From NCBI GenBank assembly GCA_963663475.2, contig CAXXJV010000002.1, positions 160,001-224,000 on the forward strand: 64,000 bases of DNA, read 5' to 3'. Shown here in pieces: positions 29,352 to 40,651 of this stretch. Origin of the DNA: Candidatus Cloacimonadales bacterium. GTDB taxonomy: Bacteria > Cloacimonadota > Cloacimonadia > Cloacimonadales > JAFGVF01. Numbering within the stretch: position 1 is the stretch's first letter; each line of letters starts with the position of its first letter. The notes beneath the pieces were generated by a model. It searched no databases. It worked only from the letters and a program-made list of their open reading frames with translations, and was not told where the DNA came from. The translations under genes and the position numbers were made by a program.

Positions 29352-31838
29352 ATGAAAGAACGAATTTTTATAGTATTAATGATTTGTATTGCTTTTGTAG
29401 GCGCTTATGCTCAAAATGAACAACTAACTCCTCCGACTGATTTAACATATAATGTAGGGGCTGATTTTGTTGAATTATCATGGTCTGGTCCACAATCCGT
29501 AGTAAGTAATTCATTTAACTTAAACTGGGGTATTCCAACAAATTTCCAAAATATTGATAATGATGGTGATGGTGAAAGCTGGCAAGAAATTAATGAGGCT
29601 GGTTTTTTAAATACTGGAGCTGCTATAAGCTATATGTCTAATACTGGTAATCCAGAAGATGTTGATAACTGGTTAATAACTATTCCTTATGACATTACAG
29701 AAGACTCTCATTTGATTCTCCATGTAAAATCTTTAGATAGTGGAATGAATCAAGAGTTTGAAGTATTAGTTAATAGTCAAGGCATTGATGTTAGTGACTT
29801 TGATGATGTAATATATAGTGGAAGTGTTTCTGATAATGAGATGCAAAGAATTGATATTGATTTAAGTAATTATGGAGAAAGCCAACTATTCTTTGCATTC
29901 AGACATACTAATAGTCAGGATTCTGGACTTGTTTTAGATGAAATTTGGTTAACTAATTTGCAAGAACCTGAAGAAAGAAATGATAGAGATGACTTACTCT
30001 ATGGTTTTAATATATACAAAGATAATGTTTTAGTTGGCTTTAACACGGGGCAGATGTTTTTTGATTTCCAACCTCTTATAGGAACAAGTGAGTACTATGT
30101 TACAAGTCTTTATAACAATGGTGAATCTCAACCTTCTACGAGTGTTTTTGTTGAATTCGGTAGTGTAGTGGAATCAGATGAGTCGTTTGAAGATGGAATT
30201 TTACCTGACTATTGGCAGATTATTGATAATGGTAACTTCCCTTTCTGGAAAGTATCTACATCAGAACCAAACTCAGGGGATTATTCTGTTTCTATAAGTG
30301 CTTATGGCCCTCAAGATGACTGGTTAATTACCCCCATGTTATCTCCTAATGAGATGGAGTCTACTCTTTCATTTTATGCTAAAGCAGATGTTTTTGAGCC
30401 TAATACCGCTATTTTAGATGTCTGGGTTTCTACTGAAAGTAACAATATTGAAGATTTTACTGATTTACTAGATGAAATCAATTTTACTGATGGTGAATAT
30501 CAAGAATATTCTTATTCTTTAGCAAACTATATTGATCAGCAAATTTATATTGCTTATCAATTTATGGGAGATCAGATTTCCTCAGTCTATATGGATGATA
30601 TTACCCATCCTCCAATAATAACACCTAATAACAGTATAGCTGTTTCTGATATCACTGTAGAAGATTTTCTACAAGTAGGTGTTAGTAATGAAGTTACATG
30701 TAGTATCATAAATAAAGGTTCTTATCCAATAGATGGTTATGTAGCTGATCTTGTTGATAGTGATAGTGGTGAGATTTTAGCTTCTTATCAAGGTGGATTC
30801 GTCATTCCTGGTATGAATGAGGAAATTTCAATTACTTATATTCCGCAACAAACAGGCATTAAGAATATCCATGTTGAAAGCTCTCTTACAGGGGATCCTT
30901 ACACTTTTGATAATGCTTCTCAAATACACCAAGTTTTTATTCAAGATGAAAATGACTCAGTTATTAGCCTTGGTACTGATAATCAAGTTGAATTAGGACT
31001 TCCTTTTAATATGCTATGGCCATATAATCTGACTCAAACTATTTATCCAAGTTCAGATATTAGTGATTTACAAGCTAATCAGAGTCAGATTACTGGACTT
31101 TCTTACTACTATGCAAACGAATATTCTCCTGAACCACTTGAAATAACCATTTGGTTGGGTGAAACAACTAATACTAACCTTGATGCAGGCTGGGAAAGTT
31201 ATGAAAATTTAACCCAAGTATATAATGGGCCTATTGAAATGGTAACAAATGAATATGTTGAATCTATGATGACTGTAGAGTTTGATCAAGTCTATAATTA
31301 TCGTGGACAAAATTTAGTAATTATGATTTATCGCCAAGACTCTGGAATTCATATTGGGGATAACAACTTGCTTTGTAGTCCGTCAGCTTCTCAAGAAAAT
31401 GTTAGTCTTGTTTTCTTTGATGATGATTTGAATCCTGATCCTCAAAATCCACCTGAAACAGGAAGCTATTGCTTCTTAAGTCAAAACTATCCTAACATAT
31501 CCTTTATTTATAGTGATGGACCTACTGCTAATGAAGAAAATGAAAATATAAGTCCTGTTCAAACACTTATCAAAGGTAATTATCCTAATCCATTTAATCC
31601 AGTAACAAGTATATCTTTCTCTTTAGCAAAGGATTCTTTTGTTGAGATTGAGATATACAACCTCAAAGGACAATTAGTTAAATCTCTTGTTAATGAGAGA
31701 TTAATTTCTGGAAATCATAATGTTGTCTGGAATGGTAAAAACTCACAAGGTCAGATAGTAAGCTCAGGTATCTATTTCTCTAAGCTAAAGACTGATGGAC
31801 AAAATAAATCACTTTCAAAAATGATATTGATAAAGTAA
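29352..31838 (+). CDS. Secreted protein with two cleaved-adhesin (choice-of-anchor J)-like domains, CARDB-like domain and T9SS/FlgD CTD
   Basis: Signal peptide; 'NIDNDGDGESW', 'DNWLIT', 'DDWLITP'; CTD 'NYPNPFNP...WNGKN...SSGIYF'. Confidence 0.85.
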   Translation: MKERIFIVLMICIAFVGAYAQNEQLTPPTDLTYNVGADFVELSWSGPQSVVSNSFNLNWGIPTNFQNIDNDGDGESWQEINEAGFLNTGAAISYMSNTGNPEDVDNWLITIPYDITEDSHLILHVKSLDSGMNQEFEVLVNSQGIDVSDFDDVIYSGSVSDNEMQRIDIDLSNYGESQLFFAFRHTNSQDSGLVLDEIWLTNLQEPEERNDRDDLLYGFNIYKDNVLVGFNTGQMFFDFQPLIGTSEYYVTSLYNNGESQPSTSVFVEFGSVVESDESFEDGILPDYWQIIDNGNFPFWKVSTSEPNSGDYSVSISAYGPQDDWLITPMLSPNEMESTLSFYAKADVFEPNTAILDVWVSTESNNIEDFTDLLDEINFTDGEYQEYSYSLANYIDQQIYIAYQFMGDQISSVYMDDITHPPIITPNNSIAVSDITVEDFLQVGVSNEVTCSIINKGSYPIDGYVADLVDSDSGEILASYQGGFVIPGMNEEISITYIPQQTGIKNIHVESSLTGDPYTFDNASQIHQVFIQDENDSVISLGTDNQVELGLPFNMLWPYNLTQTIYPSSDISDLQANQSQITGLSYYYANEYSPEPLEITIWLGETTNTNLDAGWESYENLTQVYNGPIEMVTNEYVESMMTVEFDQVYNYRGQNLVIMIYRQDSGIHIGDNNLLCSPSASQENVSLVFFDDDLNPDPQNPPETGSYCFLSQNYPNISFIYSDGPTANEENENISPVQTLIKGNYPNPFNPVTSISFSLAKDSFVEIEIYNLKGQLVKSLVNERLISGNHNVVWNGKNSQGQIVSSGIYFSKLKTDGQNKSLSKMILIK

Positions 31839-31911
31839 ATAACAAGAAATCTCAGAAAACTGCTAAAAGGCTTAGTAGCATTCTCCTCAATGGGTGGGTT
31901 TACCTCACCCA

Positions 31912-32241
31912 TTATTTCTTCATCTTCTTTTTAGCTTTTGGGTCTGGAAGCTCTCTTACTGATCTGACAACTAACTCAGTTAACCAATCACTATCTTCGA
32001 GCTTATCTTCTATTAGAAAATAGTTCTTTGCTCCAGGATAGGGTGGAGACTCAACAACATTTTCAATAAATTCTCTACCAGCCTTTGTTGGTTTTATATA
32101 TAACTTATTATCACATACTAGAGCAAAGATCTTTTTATCCGAATAGATACCATATTCACCAAACATCATTTTATAGCTTATCTGTCCTGCATCATGAATT
32201 TGTTCAACAATATAGTCTATCATTTCTTTGTCTGTCGCCAT
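31912..32241 (-). CDS. TfoX N-terminal domain protein
   Basis: 'KMMFGEYGIY', 'ALVCDNKLYIKPT', 'PPYPGAK'. Confidence 0.9.
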   Translation of the reverse strand: MATDKEMIDYIVEQIHDAGQISYKMMFGEYGIYSDKKIFALVCDNKLYIKPTKAGREFIENVVESPPYPGAKNYFLIEDKLEDSDWLTELVVRSVRELPDPKAKKKMKK

Positions 32242-32442
32242 TGGTAACTCCTCAAAGTTTTATTAATATTTTGAACTATGCTTCAAGAGTCAATCATTAA
32301 ATTATTAATTATTGTATTTTCCTTTAAAAATTTAAAGAAGGACTTGACAGATTGAAAGTAAAAAATAATAATGTATAAGTATGAATAAAATAGAATAAAT
32401 AAACAGATAAAATATTGACATAAATGATTTTATGAGAAGTCT

Positions 32443-32475
32443 AACCACTGTGACGAATTGCTAACAGTGGTTTTT
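32443..32475 (+). promoter_or_regulatory. Terminator-like hairpin in rimP leader (candidate attenuator)
   Basis: AACCACTGT-gacgaattgcta-ACAGTGGTT-TTT about 22 nt before the rimP start. Confidence 0.55.
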
Positions 32476-32497
32476 AATTTATTATTAAAGGTGTATA

Positions 32498-32977
32498 GTG
32501 ATGATAAGTGAAAGAGAAAAAGTATTAGAAGATGTTGCTAAAAGAGCTGCTAAAGAAGCTGGTGTAGCTTTATATGATGTTGAAGAGAAACAGACAAGTC
32601 ATGGTTTAGTAGCATTAATATATATTACAAAGATAGGTGGAGTAGCTGTTGAAGATTGCATAACTGTGAACAGGTTAGCAGGCTCAGAACTAGAGTTACT
32701 AGACGTCTATAATAAGAAGTACACATTAGAAGTATCTTCACCAGGATTAGAGCGTGATTTGAAGTATAAGAAACACTACGCAAGTGCTATTAATGAAAAG
32801 GTTAAGGTGAAATATCAAGCTGAAGAAAATCGTTTAGTGATTGAAGGTACCTTAACAGAAGTAACCCCACAAGCTATCAAAGTTGTTCCTAAGAATGAAG
32901 AAGAGGTTGTAATTCCTTTCACTTCTATAAAAAAAGCAAGAACAATATTTGACTTTTCAGATGAGAAGGAGAGATAA
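32498..32977 (+). CDS. rimP: Ribosome maturation factor RimP
   Basis: 'GVAVEDC', 'YTLEVSSPGLER'; upstream of nusA. Confidence 0.95.
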   Translation: MMISEREKVLEDVAKRAAKEAGVALYDVEEKQTSHGLVALIYITKIGGVAVEDCITVNRLAGSELELLDVYNKKYTLEVSSPGLERDLKYKKHYASAINEKVKVKYQAEENRLVIEGTLTEVTPQAIKVVPKNEEEVVIPFTSIKKARTIFDFSDEKER

Positions 32978-32978
32978 G

Positions 32979-34214
32979 ATGAGTTCTAACATATTAGTAG
33001 TATTGAATCAATTGGCCAATTTTAAGCAACTCGATAAAGAGATGCTTACCGAGATAATTAAAGAGAGTTTGTATTCTACAATCTCTAAAAAGCTATCACC
33101 TGAAAATGAGTTAAAGATTCATCTTGACTTTGCAACGAATGATATTTATGCAACCTTTAAGAAGATAGTTGTTCCAATGGATTCTGAATTAGGTGAGATT
33201 TCTTTAGCTGAAGCAAAAAAACAATATGGTAAAGGTATTGAACTTGGTGATGCTGTAGAAGTTAAAATGCACTTCCATGAATTTGGTCCTAAAATTATTA
33301 AGAATGCTAAAAAGGCTATTCAGGAGAGGATTAAAAGTGAAGATGCTAATAAGACATCACTCCATTTCGAAAACCAGAAGCATACTATTGTTACTGGTAA
33401 GGTAAAGTCTGAAGGCTTCAGTGGTATAAAAGTAGATATTGGTTATACAACAGCCCTACTTCCACCCGAAGAACAGATAGAAGAAGAATATTATAAACAA
33501 GGTGATATTATTAAGGCTTATGTTACTAATATTCGCAGAAAAGATTCTCTAGTAACTGTTATTCTATCTAGGACTAATCCTGAGTTTGTTAAGAAATTAT
33601 TTGAAAATGAAATTCCTGAAATTTTCAATGGTGATATAATAATTAAAAAGATTGTTAGAGAGCCAGGAATTAGAACAAAAGTAGAAGTCTATACCGAAAA
33701 AGACCATATTGATGCTGCTGGTTCTTGCTTAGGTACTAAAGGCCTAAGAATAGACTCTATTAGAAAAGAACTCCATGGTGAGCAAATAGATATAGTAGTC
33801 TCTAATCCTAATAGCGATGAGTATGTCGCAAATGCTATCGGCAAGGATTTAGTAGAACGTGTTATTATTTCTGAAAGAGGAAAATTCGCTAGGGTAATTG
33901 TTAAAGAAAAAAATAAAAACCTAGCAATTGGTAAGAAAGGTAAAAATGTTAGATTAGCTGCTAAGTTAACTAATTATAATATTGATATATTTACAAAAGA
34001 AGAGTATAATTCAAAGTTAGCTGAAGAGAGAAGAATCACTAACCATGTTACTGAGCTAGACGGCGTAACTGCTAATACTGCTCAAATTTTGAAAGCACAT
34101 GGTTATACTTCTGTCCAAGATATTTATCTGGCAACTGTAGATGAATTATGTAACTTAGGAAACATCGGTAGAAAGACTGCTGAAAAATTAAAAGAGTCTG
34201 CGGAGGCTTTCTAA
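32979..34214 (+). CDS. nusA: Transcription termination factor NusA
   Basis: ATG 32979 after AGGAG; S1 and KH domains 'REPGIRTK', 'AIGKKGKNVRLAAKLT'; HhH tail. Confidence 0.96.
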   Translation: MSSNILVVLNQLANFKQLDKEMLTEIIKESLYSTISKKLSPENELKIHLDFATNDIYATFKKIVVPMDSELGEISLAEAKKQYGKGIELGDAVEVKMHFHEFGPKIIKNAKKAIQERIKSEDANKTSLHFENQKHTIVTGKVKSEGFSGIKVDIGYTTALLPPEEQIEEEYYKQGDIIKAYVTNIRRKDSLVTVILSRTNPEFVKKLFENEIPEIFNGDIIIKKIVREPGIRTKVEVYTEKDHIDAAGSCLGTKGLRIDSIRKELHGEQIDIVVSNPNSDEYVANAIGKDLVERVIISERGKFARVIVKEKNKNLAIGKKGKNVRLAAKLTNYNIDIFTKEEYNSKLAEERRITNHVTELDGVTANTAQILKAHGYTSVQDIYLATVDELCNLGNIGRKTAEKLKESAEAF

Positions 34215-34215
34215 G

Positions 34216-34449
34216 TTGTGTTGTGAATCTCACAAGCCTATCCGTACTTGTGTAGTTTGTCGAGAAAAGGATTATCAAGCAAATCTGATTAGATTTCAAG
34301 TAATTGATAATAACCTAGTTTTCGATTTAAAGAGACTACTTACTGGTAGAGGATATTATGTTTGTGATAATAACCAATGTATAGAGAAGTTATCTATATG
34401 GAAACAAAAGAGATTAAAGAGGTTGCAGAAAAAACAGAAGAGAAACTAA
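34216..34449 (+). CDS. ylxR: YlxR/DUF448 family protein
   Basis: 'PIRTCVVCR', 'GRGYYVC'. Confidence 0.88.
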   Translation: MCCESHKPIRTCVVCREKDYQANLIRFQVIDNNLVFDLKRLLTGRGYYVCDNNQCIEKLSIWKQKRLKRLQKKQKRN

Positions 34450-34727
34450 TAAGACTTCTTCAATTTGCCCGGAGAGCAGGTAAATTGAAGTTTGGGATAA
34501 GTATGCTCAAGACTTTGAATAGAAAGATAAAAGTTATAATAATAAGTAAAGACATATCGGAAAATAATTTGAAAAAAATTACTAGATTTAATGATTCGAA
34601 AAGCCCTATAATTCAGATAAGATCAATGCAAAGTATTGGTAAAAGTATTGGCCATGAACCCGTGAGTGTTATTGTAATAACCGATACAGACTTTTCGAAT
34701 GGAATATTGAAATTAATAACTCACTAA
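34398..34727 (+). CDS. L7Ae/YlxQ family RNA-binding protein
   Basis: 'LLQFARRAGKLKFG', 'IGKSIG...VIVITD'; lies between ylxR and infB; start uncertain (34377 or 34398). Confidence 0.8.
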   Translation: METKEIKEVAEKTEEKLIRLLQFARRAGKLKFGISMLKTLNRKIKVIIISKDISENNLKKITRFNDSKSPIIQIRSMQSIGKSIGHEPVSVIVITDTDFSNGILKLITH

Positions 34728-34739
34728 TTGGGAGGAATA

Positions 34740-37535
34740 TTGTCTAATACCAGAGTACATGAACTTGCTAAAGAGTTAAAAATTTCTGCTTCTGCCTTGA
34801 AAAAGACTTTAGCCGATTTAGGTATTGTCGTTAAGAGCCATATGAGTTTGCTCGATGATGATGTGGCAACAAAAATTAGAGCTATGTTTAATGATCAAAT
34901 ATCAGCTAATAAAAAGCATGATAAAGAGGATGCACAACGACAAATAAAAGCTCAAGAAGATAAAGCAAGAGAAAAAAAGAAAGAAGTTGAAGAAGAAAGG
35001 GCTAAGGCTGCTAAAGCAGTTAAGAAAGATGAAACAGCCCAAGTTAAGAAAGAAAAGAATGATACTAAAAGAAATGAGAAAGTAGTTAAAGATAATTCTA
35101 GTCTTGAACAAGATACGAAAAATCGACCATCTCATAAAAAAGAAAGTAATAAAGATCATTCTTCTACAAAGAAAGCAAAAGAAGAACCAAAGACTAACGC
35201 TATTCCTATGGCTTCAACTGCTAGTATTTTAGCTCAGCTAAAGAAGAAAAGTCAGCCTGCAACTACTGATTCTTATTATCATGTTGATAATGTTGAAGAA
35301 AGAAAAGCTAATCAACAGAAAAATAATGATAATAGAGATAATAGAAGAGGTGGCTATCGTAGTGATAACCAAAATAGAGACAAAAGAAAGCCATTCACTA
35401 AAGATGGTGGACGTCCTCCTTATGATAAAAAACCAGGTTTTGCTGGCAAAGATGGTGGTCGTAAATTTGATTCTAAAAAGAGGGATTCTCATAATATTAA
35501 GAACTCAGTTATTGCTCCTAGTATTGCCCCAGCTAATGATTTAGCTAATAAACCAGAAATTTCTAAAAAGTTTGGCAAGAATAAGAAATCATCAAAAGAT
35601 TTTGGTGATACTAGTAGACACTTGCAAAACAAAATTAAATCTGCAAAGAAAAGAGATAAATATACTAATATTCCAGTAGAACTTGATGAATCTCAAATTT
35701 CAAAGAATATTAAGATGACACTTAAAAAGACTAAGAAAGTTAAAAAATATCATAAAGAATCTAAGCAAAAACAGCTTCCAGATGATGCAATAGTAAAGAT
35801 TTCAGAATTTACTTCAGTTAGTGAATTAGCTAATATTCTTGGTGTTGCTGCTACTGATATTATTGCAAAATTCTTTGGCTTAGGTCAGATGGTTACTATC
35901 AATCAAAGATTAGATCGTGATTCTCTAGAACTTATGTGTGCTGAATTTGGTATTGACTATGAGTTTGAAGATGAAGTAGGAGAAGAAATCATCTACAAGG
36001 ATGCAGAAGTCTTTGAAGATGCTGAAGAAGTTGAAAGACCTCCTATTGTTACAATTATGGGACATGTTGACCATGGTAAAACTTCAATATTAGATTACAT
36101 CAGAAATGAAAATGTAGTTGCTGGTGAATCTGGTGGTATTACTCAACACATTGGTGCTTATCAAATTTCCTATAATGATAGAAAAATTACCTTCTTAGAT
36201 ACTCCAGGTCATGAAGCATTTTCAGCAATGAGAGCTCGTGGAGCTAATGTTACAGATATAGCTGTAATTGTTGTTGCGGCTACTGATGGTGTAATGCCAC
36301 AAACTATTGAGGCTATAGATCATGCTAAGGCTTCTGGTGTAACTCTCATTATTGCTATTAATAAGATTGATCTTCCTAATGTGAATATCGATAAAACAAT
36401 ATCTCAACTTTTAGAAAAAGGAATTTATCTTGAAGGTTATGGTGGTGATGTTTTATGGACTAAATGTTCAGCTCATACAGGTGAAGGAATTAATGATCTC
36501 TTGGATTTAATGCTTTTAACTACTGATGTTGAAGAGTATAAAGCTAAAAAAGATATTCCTGGTGAAGGAATAGTTATTGAATCTGAAAAAGATGCTAGTA
36601 TGGGAACTATAATTACTCTCCTTCTTCGTCAGGGTTCTATAAAGAAAGGTGATTCAATTATTTGTGGATCAACTTATGGTAAAGTTAGAAAACTTGAAGA
36701 TGAGAGGGGCAAAGAACTCAAAAAGTTAGGTCCGTCTGATGTAGCTAGACTTTATGGTCTTAATGATGTGCCAAAAGCTGGTGATATTCTTAATGTTGTT
36801 GAATCTGACAAGGTAGCTAAAAATATCTCATCTGAAAGAACAATTATCAGAAGAGAAAGAGAAAACTTCCAAAACAAGGCTAGTTTGCATAATATTTTTG
36901 ATAGGATTAAAGAGAATGAAACTCTTACTATTGATCTTATCGTAAAAGCTGATACAGATGGTTCTGTAGAAGCTCTTTGTGATTCCTTTGAAAAGTTATC
37001 AACAGACCAAATTAAAGTGCAAATTATCCGTAAATCAGTTGGTGGTATAAATGAGGCTGATGTTTCTTTAGCTTCTGCTTCTAATGCTATTATAATTGGT
37101 TTCCATGTTCGTACTAACGGCAAGGCTCAGAAGTTAGCTGAACTTGAAGGTGTAGAAATAAAACTCTATCATATTATTTATGATGCTATAGAAGAGCTTA
37201 GATCTGCTATGGAAGGTATGTTAGCACCTAAGCTAGTTGAAAAAGCAACTGGTTCAGCAAGAGTAAAAGAAGTTTTCAAAATCAAGAAAGTTGGAAATAT
37301 TGCGGGTTGTGCTGTGGAGACAGGATATATTGAAAATTCAGGTAAGGCTCGTATTTATAGAAATGATGTTATGCTCTATGAAGGTAAGTTATCTTCATTA
37401 AAACACTTCGCAAATGATGTCAAAGTTGTAAAAGCAGGTACTGAGTGTGGTATTGGTTTTGAGAACTTTAATGATCTTAAAGAAGGTGATGTAATTGAAT
37501 CTTACATCGAAGTAGAAGAAAAACAAAAGTTGTAA
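34740..37535 (+). CDS. infB: Translation initiation factor IF-2
   Basis: TTG 34740 after GGAGG; 'RVHELAKEL', 'GHVDHGKT', 'DTPGHE', 'NKID'. Confidence 0.97.
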   Translation: MSNTRVHELAKELKISASALKKTLADLGIVVKSHMSLLDDDVATKIRAMFNDQISANKKHDKEDAQRQIKAQEDKAREKKKEVEEERAKAAKAVKKDETAQVKKEKNDTKRNEKVVKDNSSLEQDTKNRPSHKKESNKDHSSTKKAKEEPKTNAIPMASTASILAQLKKKSQPATTDSYYHVDNVEERKANQQKNNDNRDNRRGGYRSDNQNRDKRKPFTKDGGRPPYDKKPGFAGKDGGRKFDSKKRDSHNIKNSVIAPSIAPANDLANKPEISKKFGKNKKSSKDFGDTSRHLQNKIKSAKKRDKYTNIPVELDESQISKNIKMTLKKTKKVKKYHKESKQKQLPDDAIVKISEFTSVSELANILGVAATDIIAKFFGLGQMVTINQRLDRDSLELMCAEFGIDYEFEDEVGEEIIYKDAEVFEDAEEVERPPIVTIMGHVDHGKTSILDYIRNENVVAGESGGITQHIGAYQISYNDRKITFLDTPGHEAFSAMRARGANVTDIAVIVVAATDGVMPQTIEAIDHAKASGVTLIIAINKIDLPNVNIDKTISQLLEKGIYLEGYGGDVLWTKCSAHTGEGINDLLDLMLLTTDVEEYKAKKDIPGEGIVIESEKDASMGTIITLLLRQGSIKKGDSIICGSTYGKVRKLEDERGKELKKLGPSDVARLYGLNDVPKAGDILNVVESDKVAKNISSERTIIRRERENFQNKASLHNIFDRIKENETLTIDLIVKADTDGSVEALCDSFEKLSTDQIKVQIIRKSVGGINEADVSLASASNAIIIGFHVRTNGKAQKLAELEGVEIKLYHIIYDAIEELRSAMEGMLAPKLVEKATGSARVKEVFKIKKVGNIAGCAVETGYIENSGKARIYRNDVMLYEGKLSSLKHFANDVKVVKAGTECGIGFENFNDLKEGDVIESYIEVEEKQKL

Positions 37536-37536
37536 T

Positions 37537-37896
37537 ATGGCATCAATAAAAATATTAAGATTACAGAAAGAACTAAAAAAACTGTTCAATACTACTGTAT
37601 TATATAGTCTTAGAGATGAACGTCTGAAAAGTGTCTTCTTTTCAGACGTTGAAGTCTCTCCCGATTTACGGCAAGCAAAAATCTATTTCTATGATAATGT
37701 GTCTGATTTATCTCAAGAAGAAATGATTGATTGTTTAACAAGAGCATCTGGTCAGTTTAAAAAACATATAGCAGATGCTAAAATAATGAGAATTATTCCT
37801 GATCTTAGATTCTATTATGATAAATCACAAGACAACTTGATGAAAATTGAATCTATTTTTGATAAAATTCATAGAGAAGACGATGAATCAGAATAA
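37537..37896 (+). CDS. rbfA: Ribosome-binding factor A
   Basis: 'VEVSPDLRQAKIY', 'IPDLRFYYD'; follows infB. Confidence 0.92.
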   Translation: MASIKILRLQKELKKLFNTTVLYSLRDERLKSVFFSDVEVSPDLRQAKIYFYDNVSDLSQEEMIDCLTRASGQFKKHIADAKIMRIIPDLRFYYDKSQDNLMKIESIFDKIHREDDESE

Positions 37897-38893
37897 GATA
37901 AGTAATTTGGAAGAATTACATTCCAAACTATACACTATGCTGTCCTACGTAAAAGATGGCCAATCTTTTGCTATTATTACCCATAATAACCCAGATGGGG
38001 ATGGTTTGGCTGCTTGTTTAGGTATGAGAAGATTTTTTGCTGCTAAGCAGATTAATCTGGATATTGTCTTGCAAGGGGAAAGTCTAGATAAGTTAAGCTT
38101 TTTAGAAGTTGATAAGCACACAAAAGATCTAACAGATGATATGACCTACGATAATTTGCTGATTATTGATTGTCATGGTTATGATAGGATAAATGAAGCC
38201 AAAATTTTAGTTGAGAGAGCCAAAAGAATTCTTGTCATTGATCATCACATTATTACCAGCATAGTAGATAATGCAGATTATTATATCAATAGCCAGGCAA
38301 CATCTGTAGGTATCATTATCTATAATCTATTAAAGAATGAACTTAGATCAATAGATAAGGATAGTCAAAAGTATTTTGCCCAAGCTATTTACACAACTAT
38401 CATTAATGATACTAATAACTTTCTAAATACTAATGTAAATCAAGAAGTCTTTCAAGTTTGTCAAGAACTACTAGACTATGATATCAGCCCAGCTGACATT
38501 AGCTTGAAATTTCTTTATGAGAAAGAAGCAAGTGAATTCAAGATGATTGGTCAAAGCTTAGCTACAATACAAATGCATCATGATGATAAAACTCTTATCT
38601 TTCATACAAAACGTGAATTCTTAGATAGTAATCACTTAGATGATTCAGCAACATCAAAAATGACTCAATGGGTTAAAGGGGTTAAAGATGTTGAAGTTGT
38701 TATTTATTACTGGCATAAAACTAGTAATGAGTATAAGTTTTCTCTTAGATCTGAAAGACATAATGTACAAGAGATTGCTAAGTTATTTGGTGGTGGTGGT
38801 CACGACAAGGCTGCTGGTTTTACTGCCATAGGAAATATTGAAGAGATAATAACTAAGGTGTTGACAGAGATTAAAAATAGAATTTATGGATAA
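37883..38893 (+). CDS. nrnA: DHH family oligoribonuclease/PAP phosphatase
   Basis: 'HNNPDGDG', 'IDHH', 'SLRS', 'GGGGHDKAAG'. Confidence 0.9.
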   Translation: MNQNKISNLEELHSKLYTMLSYVKDGQSFAIITHNNPDGDGLAACLGMRRFFAAKQINLDIVLQGESLDKLSFLEVDKHTKDLTDDMTYDNLLIIDCHGYDRINEAKILVERAKRILVIDHHIITSIVDNADYYINSQATSVGIIIYNLLKNELRSIDKDSQKYFAQAIYTTIINDTNNFLNTNVNQEVFQVCQELLDYDISPADISLKFLYEKEASEFKMIGQSLATIQMHHDDKTLIFHTKREFLDSNHLDDSATSKMTQWVKGVKDVEVVIYYWHKTSNEYKFSLRSERHNVQEIAKLFGGGGHDKAAGFTAIGNIEEIITKVLTEIKNRIYG

Positions 38894-39743
38894 ACTAGGC
38901 ATCCTTTTAATTAATAAGCCAGTAGGAATAACTTCATTTGATATTATTAGACGGCTGAGACGAATAACCAATATTAAACAAATTGGTCATGCAGGAACTC
39001 TTGACCCTTTTGCTGAAGGTTTAATGCAAATTCTTGTTGGTAAAGCAACTAAGTTTGCTCAATACCTAACCAACTATGATAAATCTTATCAGGTTACAAT
39101 GCAGTTTGGAATAAAAACTGATACAGGTGATACTAGTGGAGAAATTATTAAAGAAAGCATGATAGAAGACTTAATTATTGATCCCATTCTTCTCAAAGAA
39201 CAAGTTGAAGCTCTAACTGAACAAGTTCCACCTATATATTCAGCAATAAAAGTTAATGGTCAAAGAGCCTATAAACTTGCAAGAAAGAAGGCAGACATTG
39301 CTATGAAAGCCAGACCAATAAAGGTAAGAGATTTCTTGCTTATAGATTATTCTTTCCCCTTTTTAACATATAAATGTAAGGTAAGTAAAGGTACTTATAT
39401 TAGGTCTCTTACTGAGCAGATAGCTGACATGTATTCAACTATTGCTACTACTATAAAATTAGACCGTTTATCAGTATCAGATAGTCAATTATCAGATGCA
39501 GTTAATTTGGACGATTTAACAGCAGAAAATTGGTTTGACTACTTACTTCCTGTTGATAGATTTATAGAGTGGCCTGTTATCCAACTAAATCAAGCAGAAG
39601 TTGATGACTTCTGGTACGGAAGAGAAATCAAGTTGCCTAAACAAGCTGATGCAGAATTAGTGATTGTTAAGCATAATCAAGAGACCAAAGGGATAGGTAG
39701 GTTAGTTAACTCTGTTTTGCAACCTAAAAAGGTATTCAAATAA
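38886..39743 (+). CDS. truB: tRNA pseudouridine(55) synthase
   Basis: 'GHAGTLDPFAEG', 'PPIYSAIKVNG', 'SKGTYIRSL'. Confidence 0.96.
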   Translation: MDKLGILLINKPVGITSFDIIRRLRRITNIKQIGHAGTLDPFAEGLMQILVGKATKFAQYLTNYDKSYQVTMQFGIKTDTGDTSGEIIKESMIEDLIIDPILLKEQVEALTEQVPPIYSAIKVNGQRAYKLARKKADIAMKARPIKVRDFLLIDYSFPFLTYKCKVSKGTYIRSLTEQIADMYSTIATTIKLDRLSVSDSQLSDAVNLDDLTAENWFDYLLPVDRFIEWPVIQLNQAEVDDFWYGREIKLPKQADAELVIVKHNQETKGIGRLVNSVLQPKKVFK

Positions 39744-40651
39744 TGAAAGACTTTGTTTTAACTGTAGGAAATTTTGATGGGGTTCATTTAGGGCACTGTA
39801 AGTTACTTAGTAAGCTCTTACAAGTTGCAGAAGATTATCAAGCTCAACCCTTAATCGTAACCTACCAAACTCATCCTAAGATTACTTTAGATGAAACACC
39901 AAAAGCTTATCTTTTAACTACAACAAGTCAGAAAATTTCTTTGCTTAACCAATGTGGCTTTGATCATATCGAACTACTTAATTTTACCAAAGAATTTGCT
40001 GATATGCCTCCTTATGAGTTTTTGAAAAATGAATTAATCGAAAAATTTCATCCCAAGGCTATTGTACTAGGTTATGATACTAAATTTGGGAAAAATAGAC
40101 AGGGTGATTATGACTTTATAAAAAATCATGAAAGTGAATTTTCTTATAAAACTTTTCAAGTTGAACCACTATCTATCAACAATACTATAGTCTCTTCTTC
40201 AATTATTAGGCAATTAATCAAAGAAGGCCAATTATTTAAAGCAAATGAGTTTTTAGGTAGATTATTTTCTTTTTGGGGTAAAATAATAGAAGGTAAGCGT
40301 CTTGGCAGAAGACTAGGCTATCCAACCATTAATATTAAGGCATTAACAGCTTCTCAGCTTACACCTCCTGATGGTGTTTATCTTACAAAGACATATACTA
40401 ATGATGGTCAATACTTTAGTATTACTAATATTGGTAAGAATCCAACAGTGAGTAATTCTCTTGACCAGAAAATTGAATCTTATATCTTGGATTTTAATAA
40501 AGAAATTTATGGTCAGGTAGTAGAGACCAGATTCATAAAGAAACTTCGTGATGAAATGAAATACTCCAGTATTGATGAACTAAAACATGCTATTGCAACA
40601 GATGTAGTTAATTCCAGAAGGATGATTAATGAACTTAAAGATACTCTTTAA
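39743..40651 (+). CDS. ribF: Bifunctional riboflavin kinase/FAD synthetase
   Basis: 'GNFDGVHLGH', 'VSSSIIR', 'GRRLGYPTIN', 'LRDE'. Confidence 0.96.
   Translation: MKDFVLTVGNFDGVHLGHCKLLSKLLQVAEDYQAQPLIVTYQTHPKITLDETPKAYLLTTTSQKISLLNQCGFDHIELLNFTKEFADMPPYEFLKNELIEKFHPKAIVLGYDTKFGKNRQGDYDFIKNHESEFSYKTFQVEPLSINNTIVSSSIIRQLIKEGQLFKANEFLGRLFSFWGKIIEGKRLGRRLGYPTINIKALTASQLTPPDGVYLTKTYTNDGQYFSITNIGKNPTVSNSLDQKIESYILDFNKEIYGQVVETRFIKKLRDEMKYSSIDELKHAIATDVVNSRRMINELKDTL

Noticed and set aside
34072-38971. Short overlapping ORFs within nusA, infB, rbfA and truB
   Set aside because: Antisense or out-of-frame shadows of conserved genes.
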